DNA from: an uncultured Bacilli bacterium
GTDB lineage: Bacteria; Bacillota_I; Bacilli_A; RF39; UBA660
Length of the DNA: 64,000 bases
Assembly: GCA_964018915.1 (NCBI GenBank)
Contig: CAXHRJ010000001.1
Location: forward strand, 116,387-180,386
Reading direction: 5' to 3'
Below are positions 58,830 to 64,000 of this stretch, piece after piece (positions within the stretch are counted from its first letter, which is position 1; each line of letters begins with the position of its first letter). Both the position numbers and the translations under genes were made by a program. The notes under the pieces are model-generated. The model was not told the DNA's origin and did not search any database. It worked only from the letters and a program-made list of their open reading frames with translations.

Positions 58830-60738
58830 TAAATTCTAATTTTGTATTTTCTCTTAATCCATAAAATTGTCTATATTGTGTTCTAAACCACTCACTTCTT
58901 GGGTTTGGCACCTGCATAAAATTTCCATATGGAATATTAGGCAATATCAATTTTTCCGCTGTTCTATTTTTTTCCATATAAGCTACTCTCTTTTGCTCTA
59001 CCATAAAACAATAACCATAGATTACTAAATAAAAACTAATAATCACATAAGACGCTACTCTAAATATCCATTGTAAATCTATCTTTAATTTTTCTGTAAT
59101 TAAATCTAAAAATTCAGCTGCTACCAGTACAAATAACGCATAAGTTGGAAAAAAGCATCTTGGACCAATTGGTTTTACAATTAAAAGAGGTAAAGAAATC
59201 ATTGCTATACTACCAATTTCAAATAACATTCTTTTCTTTTTTTCACTATTACTAATTGCAACAACAATAATAGAAATAATTGCCACCGCATAAACCAAAA
59301 TTAAAATTCCTTCTATGAAATCCTGATAACTATTTTTGATAAACGGATTGGCACCATTAGTCATCTTTAAGAAAAATTGGTAAGAAATAAAAATAATTAA
59401 AACAAAATTTGCTACCTTTAACAGCACTTTTTTTAAATTACTAATCTTATTCTTTCTAGAGTTATTTAAAAATTGATAAGAAAAAATTAATATAATAAGG
59501 CATAGAACTACATTCAATATAAAATTATTGTTTACTAATAAGTCTTTAAAATCACCAAAATAAGTTTTAATTGCCTTTACAATAAAATTTCCATCTTCTA
59601 TAGAACGATACCCATCTCCTTCTCCAAATAATGTTCTATATCCACTATTAGAAAACATTAGGATACTTCCTAAAATAGACCCAATAAAATAAGCAATATT
59701 TGGTAGTGATACCTTTTTAAATTTTATAAACTGATAGCCCAATAAAAATAATCCTAATAAAAATAAATAAATAGTTAAATGCTCCATGAATAATGTTCCT
59801 GCAAAACCTAAAATTAGGAAAGGAAAGCTCCATAAATGTGATAAATTTTCTAATTTTTCTTGAAATAAAGTTTTATTTTTATAAATTATAAATAATGCCA
59901 CTAACACTGGGGGAACATAATTTGCAAACCCTACTGTCCAAGCGAAACTTTGTGCAAACATTCTAACCGGCATTAATAAAATTAATAATATTGAAAAAAA
60001 TGGAATATATTTATTCTCACCATTTACTAATTTCTTAATACATACAATAATTCCTAACATCGTAAAAGAGATTGTGAGAGACCTTAAAATTCTGACTCTT
60101 GTAAGAAGCATCCCCAAAGAATTTCCTAACCATCTACCATTAAAATTAGAAAATCCGTTTTGCAATCTTTCTAAACCAGTTGTACTTCCCCAATCCCAAT
60201 CATCATGGGTATAAGGGAAAAAGTAACAAAGTACTAATACTAAAAAAAAGAAAACTAGATAAAACCATTGCTCTTTAGTAATTTTTCTTTTTTTTTCTGT
60301 TTTTTCTTTCTTAGAGAAAACAATGAATTTACTTAATACATAATTTCCTACTATTACACTAAATTGCGTCAAAACAGTCCATACAACAACATAAATATTG
60401 GAATTTAACTTTAAATACGTAATAAAGAACCAAAGAATTACAGATTCCATTACTAAAGTAACTATTCTAGAAGAAAAGAATAGAAAGATCTCCTTTAGAA
60501 TTTTCTCATTTTTACTCTTAAATACAAAAGTACGATTTGTAATATATGCAAATACTACTGCTACCACCCAAGATACAATAATAGAGATTTGTAATTGCAA
60601 ACCATCCTTCGCATCTAGTATTGTAAACAGTAAAGCATATTTTACAATTAATGAAATAACAGTTGTAAGTACTCCAATAATAAGGTAATTAATCATTTCT
60701 TGATATTTACCATATACTTCCTTCAATTTTTCTACCAT
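58792..60738 (-). CDS. Fusion of a GtrA-like domain with the FPYTHDDW-type polytopic membrane protein (copy 2)
   Basis: Residues 1-160 have the GtrA pattern (YLIIGVLTTVISL..., NRTFVFKS, SKFIVFS). The remainder parallels the 512-aa paralogue (FPYTHDDWDWG, GPRCFFPTYALFVLV, LEFIDYKEWKK). Confidence 0.6.
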   Translation of the reverse strand: MVEKLKEVYGKYQEMINYLIIGVLTTVISLIVKYALLFTILDAKDGLQLQISIIVSWVVAVVFAYITNRTFVFKSKNEKILKEIFLFFSSRIVTLVMESVILWFFITYLKLNSNIYVVVWTVLTQFSVIVGNYVLSKFIVFSKKEKTEKKRKITKEQWFYLVFFFLVLVLCYFFPYTHDDWDWGSTTGLERLQNGFSNFNGRWLGNSLGMLLTRVRILRSLTISFTMLGIIVCIKKLVNGENKYIPFFSILLILLMPVRMFAQSFAWTVGFANYVPPVLVALFIIYKNKTLFQEKLENLSHLWSFPFLILGFAGTLFMEHLTIYLFLLGLFLLGYQFIKFKKVSLPNIAYFIGSILGSILMFSNSGYRTLFGEGDGYRSIEDGNFIVKAIKTYFGDFKDLLVNNNFILNVVLCLIILIFSYQFLNNSRKNKISNLKKVLLKVANFVLIIFISYQFFLKMTNGANPFIKNSYQDFIEGILILVYAVAIISIIVVAISNSEKKKRMLFEIGSIAMISLPLLIVKPIGPRCFFPTYALFVLVAAEFLDLITEKLKIDLQWIFRVASYVIISFYLVIYGYCFMVEQKRVAYMEKNRTAEKLILPNIPYGNFMQVPNPRSEWFRTQYRQFYGLRENTKLEFIDYKEWKKKYEK

Positions 60739-60760
60739 AAATAACTCTCCTTTTTGATAA

Positions 60761-61876
60761 CTACTTTTTCTTTTTCACAGTTGCTTTCTTTTTCTTAACT
60801 GATTTTTCTACCACTTCTTTTTTCTCTTCTTCTTTTTGTTTTTCTTCGTTGTGTCGAGAAAGAATTACATCTGTTTTGAAAGCAAATATAAATACGCAAA
60901 ATAGTAATATCCCATAAAGAATATATCCTAATACAGCATCCACTAATACATACACAATAGAAGCTGCTGAAAATAAACTTGTTGCTACGTAAATAATAAT
61001 TACTGTCATTTTTTGACTTAAATTTCTCTTTAGTAGTTGGTGATGGATATGCATCTTATCTGGTTTAGAAATACTTTCTCCTTTTAGTTTTCTCCTAATA
61101 ATTGCAAATAATGTATCAGATATTGGAATGGTTAACAAAAGAAGTGGAACGATAATAGATGTTAACATTACATTTTTATATTTTAATAAGGTAATAACTG
61201 CCATTATGAAACCTAAAAACATAGAACCAGAATCGCCCATAAAGATAGATGCTGGATTAAAATTATAAAACAAGAACCCTAAGCAACTGCCAAACATAAT
61301 AAATGATAAAATAAAAGCTAATTCAAATTGTCCTTTACAGGTTGCGATAATACCAATAGTTAAAAAGAATATAGCGGATATACCACCTGCTAAGCCATCT
61401 AAACCATCAATTAAATTAATACAATTGATACATCCTAAAATAAAAAATATAGTAACAGGATAAGCAAATATACCAAAGTCCACATAAAGGCCAAAAGCAC
61501 TTAACTCTTTTAGTAAAATGCCACCATAAAAAACTACCACTAGTGTTGCAAATAGCTGTCCTAAAAATTTATGACTAGCTTTTAGTGGCTTAATATCATC
61601 TACTACTCCAGTTAAAACGATGATAAAACTACCAATTAAAATAGAGTTCATAATAGGAGTTGATTCCCCAAATATCATATAGCCAAGTAAAAATCCAATA
61701 TAAATAGCTAGACCGCCTAAGCGTGGAATAGGTACAGAATGAACCTTCCTAGCATTTGGTATATCCATAGCTCCTACATGATTCGCAAGTGCTTTAATAA
61801 ATGGCATAATAGCTGTCACTACTAAGCAAGGAATCATTATTAAAGAAAAAATTTTGAGTGCAAGTTCTTGATTCAT
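60761..61876 (-). CDS. tagO: Undecaprenyl-phosphate N-acetylglucosaminyl-1-phosphate transferase (MraY/WecA family)
   Basis: GVVDDIKPL, NLIDGLDGLAGG, FMGDSGSMFLGF, and the HIHH motif. It ends in a Lys-rich C-terminal tail. Confidence 0.85.
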   Translation of the reverse strand: MNQELALKIFSLIMIPCLVVTAIMPFIKALANHVGAMDIPNARKVHSVPIPRLGGLAIYIGFLLGYMIFGESTPIMNSILIGSFIIVLTGVVDDIKPLKASHKFLGQLFATLVVVFYGGILLKELSAFGLYVDFGIFAYPVTIFFILGCINCINLIDGLDGLAGGISAIFFLTIGIIATCKGQFELAFILSFIMFGSCLGFLFYNFNPASIFMGDSGSMFLGFIMAVITLLKYKNVMLTSIIVPLLLLTIPISDTLFAIIRRKLKGESISKPDKMHIHHQLLKRNLSQKMTVIIIYVATSLFSAASIVYVLVDAVLGYILYGILLFCVFIFAFKTDVILSRHNEEKQKEEEKKEVVEKSVKKKKATVKKKK

Positions 61877-62009
61877 AAAAAATCACCTATTTCAAATTAT
61901 AGCACAACTTACAATATTTTACTATATTTCTGTCAATATCTGTCAGTTTTAAAGAAGTTAAACTTTATTTCTCCTTACTTTTTTTGTATAATGATATTAG
62001 GTGGTATAT

Positions 62010-63095
62010 ATGAAAGATAAAGAAACCGACAAAATTGAAAAAACTTCAGACTTTCTAGATTTAATGTCTAGAAGTGAAAGAAAAGCTTGGGAACGAGCAC
62101 AAAAAGACGATCAACCAAAAGAAGAAAGCAAAGAAATGAAACATGCGAAAGAAGAAGTAGAAGAAAAGACAACTTCTAGACAAGAGAAATATAAACTTAA
62201 TCAAGAAGATAAGGAAGTAAAAAGAGTCTTAAAAGATAATAAGCCGTTAAAACCTATTGGAAACGATCAAATGGAAAATACACAAAGTATTAAAGCAGTC
62301 GAGGAGGAAGAACTTCAAGTTGGTGAGCTTGGAAAGACACAACACTTTCTAAATATGACACAAGAAATTGCTAGTGCTTTGGGAGAAAATGTACAAGATA
62401 ATTTATTTGAAGAAAAAAAAGAGGATTCTAAATTTAATCCTATCACTTGGATTGGACTTTTAATTATTTTCTGCTTTGGATACTTCATTTATCTAGTTAT
62501 TAGTTCTGGTTATGACGAAGAATTACTACTATTAATTGATAGTGGCTTTCTTTTAGGAATTATTTTCTTTTTTGGTCTTTCCATTATTTCTAATAAAAAA
62601 TGGACTAAAGTATTCTCTATTTTCAATTTTTTAATTATTTTAGCATTCATTGGAACAAATTCATTTCTATTATATGATTGGAATACTATCAAAGAAAAAG
62701 AAGAAGCGCAAGAACCTATCGTTGAAAAAACAAAAAGTTATGTTTTATCTTGCACATCAGAAAATATTGCTATCGAAGTAAAAGCAAAAGATAATAACAT
62801 CACGAAAATAGAAAAAAAACTAATATATGCTAATGAAGAAGAACTAAAAGATATCGCCAAAATATTTGAAAATACTGAAGGAATAACTACCCAAATAGAA
62901 GAAAAAAGTTTATTGATTACATTTGACTTTGAAACATTGGATGTTAATCAATATAAAATTGTTATGAGAAATTATTTAGAATATTATCGTAATAATAGTG
63001 ATTTTACTTATGTAGAAGATGATAAATTGCTTTACAATACCTATAAAGAAACGGAATTAAAAAACTTTGAATGTACAGAAAAAGAAGAATCATAA
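62010..63095 (+). CDS. Hypothetical membrane protein (charged N-terminus, 3 TM segments, C-terminal globular domain)
   Basis: The ATG at 62010 follows AGGTGG. TM helices lie around aa 150-230. No catalytic motif. Confidence 0.5.
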   Translation: MKDKETDKIEKTSDFLDLMSRSERKAWERAQKDDQPKEESKEMKHAKEEVEEKTTSRQEKYKLNQEDKEVKRVLKDNKPLKPIGNDQMENTQSIKAVEEEELQVGELGKTQHFLNMTQEIASALGENVQDNLFEEKKEDSKFNPITWIGLLIIFCFGYFIYLVISSGYDEELLLLIDSGFLLGIIFFFGLSIISNKKWTKVFSIFNFLIILAFIGTNSFLLYDWNTIKEKEEAQEPIVEKTKSYVLSCTSENIAIEVKAKDNNITKIEKKLIYANEEELKDIAKIFENTEGITTQIEEKSLLITFDFETLDVNQYKIVMRNYLEYYRNNSDFTYVEDDKLLYNTYKETELKNFECTEKEES

Positions 63096-64000
63096 CGATT
63101 CTTCTTTATTTTTTATTTTTCTTACCTTGCTACATAGAATTAATAGAAATACCATAATGATTAAACTTGATCCACTAATTACTACTATTAGAAATAAAAA
63201 TCTGTTATTTTTATTCTCTAGTTCCTCTACTTTGGTATTATCATATCTTTGAAGGGTGCCTTCTTCTTCATCATAAGAATACCAATTGGTATCCCCTGTT
63301 TGAATATTAACACCATATACTAGTGGGTAAGTATCGTTAGAATTAATATAGACAGTTATTTCTTGTTCCCCTAATAAAATAGAATCCTTTTTGTCAAACC
63401 CCTTTGGAATTTCTTTATCATCTGGAGCTATTGGATAAAGAGTAATTCCTCCAAACATAATTTCTTCATATTTCTCATAAACTCCATTATCCTCCATAAT
63501 ATAGAAATTAATATTACTGTCTTCATCTTTTAAAGCTACTAAGCGATAACCAGTAATAGAAGATTCAAAAGCAGGAACTTCTTCCCCATTAATCATCGTA
63601 ACCGTCTCTTCAAATGTAGAAGGAATTGTTAATCCTTCTTTTTTTCTTACAACAGAATATTTTTTTCCATCTATAGTAATATTAATAGGATTTAATTCTT
63701 TTACAGTAGCGTGAATTACATAGTTTTTAGCATTTCCATTCTCTGCTGTCACTGTAATTGTAATATCGTTACTTCCCTCATTTAAAGAATAGTTTCCCCC
63801 ACCCTTTAAAGAAGCTTTAGAATCTTCTTTGTCTGCTTTTACGTTAATAGAACGAACATCATTTTCAAGTTCTAAAGAATATTCCAAAGTATTTTTATCA
63901 AACTTTGGTGATAACTCATATCCATCAACTGATAGTGATTTTAAATTATTGTTAGAAGAATAGGATGCCTGTAATTGTTGTTGAGTAATAATATTAATAG
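63090..64000 (-). CDS. Partial CDS (5' end outside the window): surface protein with a cadherin-like beta-sandwich domain and a C-terminal TM anchor
   Basis: The frame stays open to position 64000 (…NNLKSLSVDGYELSPKFDKNTLEYSLE…). The pattern LSVDGYELSPKF…Y…NDITITVTAENGNAKNYVI is typical of that domain. TM anchor FLFLIVVISGSSLIIMVFLLIL. The 'Met' at 63887 in the ORF track is an internal TTG (Leu). Confidence 0.6.
   Translation of the reverse strand, partial: INIITQQQLQASYSSNNNLKSLSVDGYELSPKFDKNTLEYSLELENDVRSINVKADKEDSKASLKGGGNYSLNEGSNDITITVTAENGNAKNYVIHATVKELNPINITIDGKKYSVVRKKEGLTIPSTFEETVTMINGEEVPAFESSITGYRLVALKDEDSNINFYIMEDNGVYEKYEEIMFGGITLYPIAPDDKEIPKGFDKKDSILLGEQEITVYINSNDTYPLVYGVNIQTGDTNWYSYDEEEGTLQRYDNTKVEELENKNNRFLFLIVVISGSSLIIMVFLLILCSKVRKIKNKEESL

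Noticed and set aside
1-64000. CRISPR arrays, rRNA/tRNA genes, IS elements or transposases, and alternative (UGA=Trp) genetic code
   Set aside because: No regularly spaced direct repeats, no tRNA-like cloverleaf candidates in the intergenic regions and no transposase-like ORFs were seen. Several well-conserved genes end in TGA at the expected length (e.g. rarA 5550-5552, the HAD gene 7222-7224), so the standard code applies.

Overview
AT-rich window (about 23-30 % GC in intergenic DNA by hand counts) from a Gram-positive, Firmicutes-type chromosome. It uses the standard genetic code, because TGA acts as a stop codon. About 50 of about 55 genes lie on the minus strand. Gene order is Bacillus-like: spoVB, comN-like, secDF, relA-dtd, then hisS-aspS. 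sigG, spoVB and a ylmC/ymxH-type gene are present, which suggests a sporulating or formerly sporulating lineage; the compact SMC hints at Erysipelotrichia/Clostridia, but that assignment is only an inference. The left half is housekeeping: PGM/PMM, xerD-type recombinase, rarA, holA, smc, pflBA, aspS, hisS, relA, dtd, secDF and folD. The right half (40.3-61.9 kb) is a ribitol-phosphate wall teichoic acid locus: tagGH, tarIJ, several TagF-family polymerases, GT2 enzymes, tagO, and a duplicated surface-modification module. I found no rRNA, tRNA, CRISPR array or mobile element. The most unusual items are listed here in order of interest. (1) A promoter-to-terminator unit of about 620 nt with no credible ORF and elevated GC sits inside the teichoic-acid locus and is a candidate giant structured RNA. 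(2) A single ORF fuses a GT4 glycosyltransferase, a TM helix and an ApbE-like domain. (3) An SPFH (YdjI-like) operon has a zinc ribbon at the C-terminus of three of its proteins. (4) A 6S-like sRNA candidate has its own promoter. (5) An Asp-specific T-box lies between hisS and aspS. (6) A duplicated membrane-protein + SGNH module flanks an AT3 acyltransferase. All functional calls come from motifs read by eye. No database search was possible.
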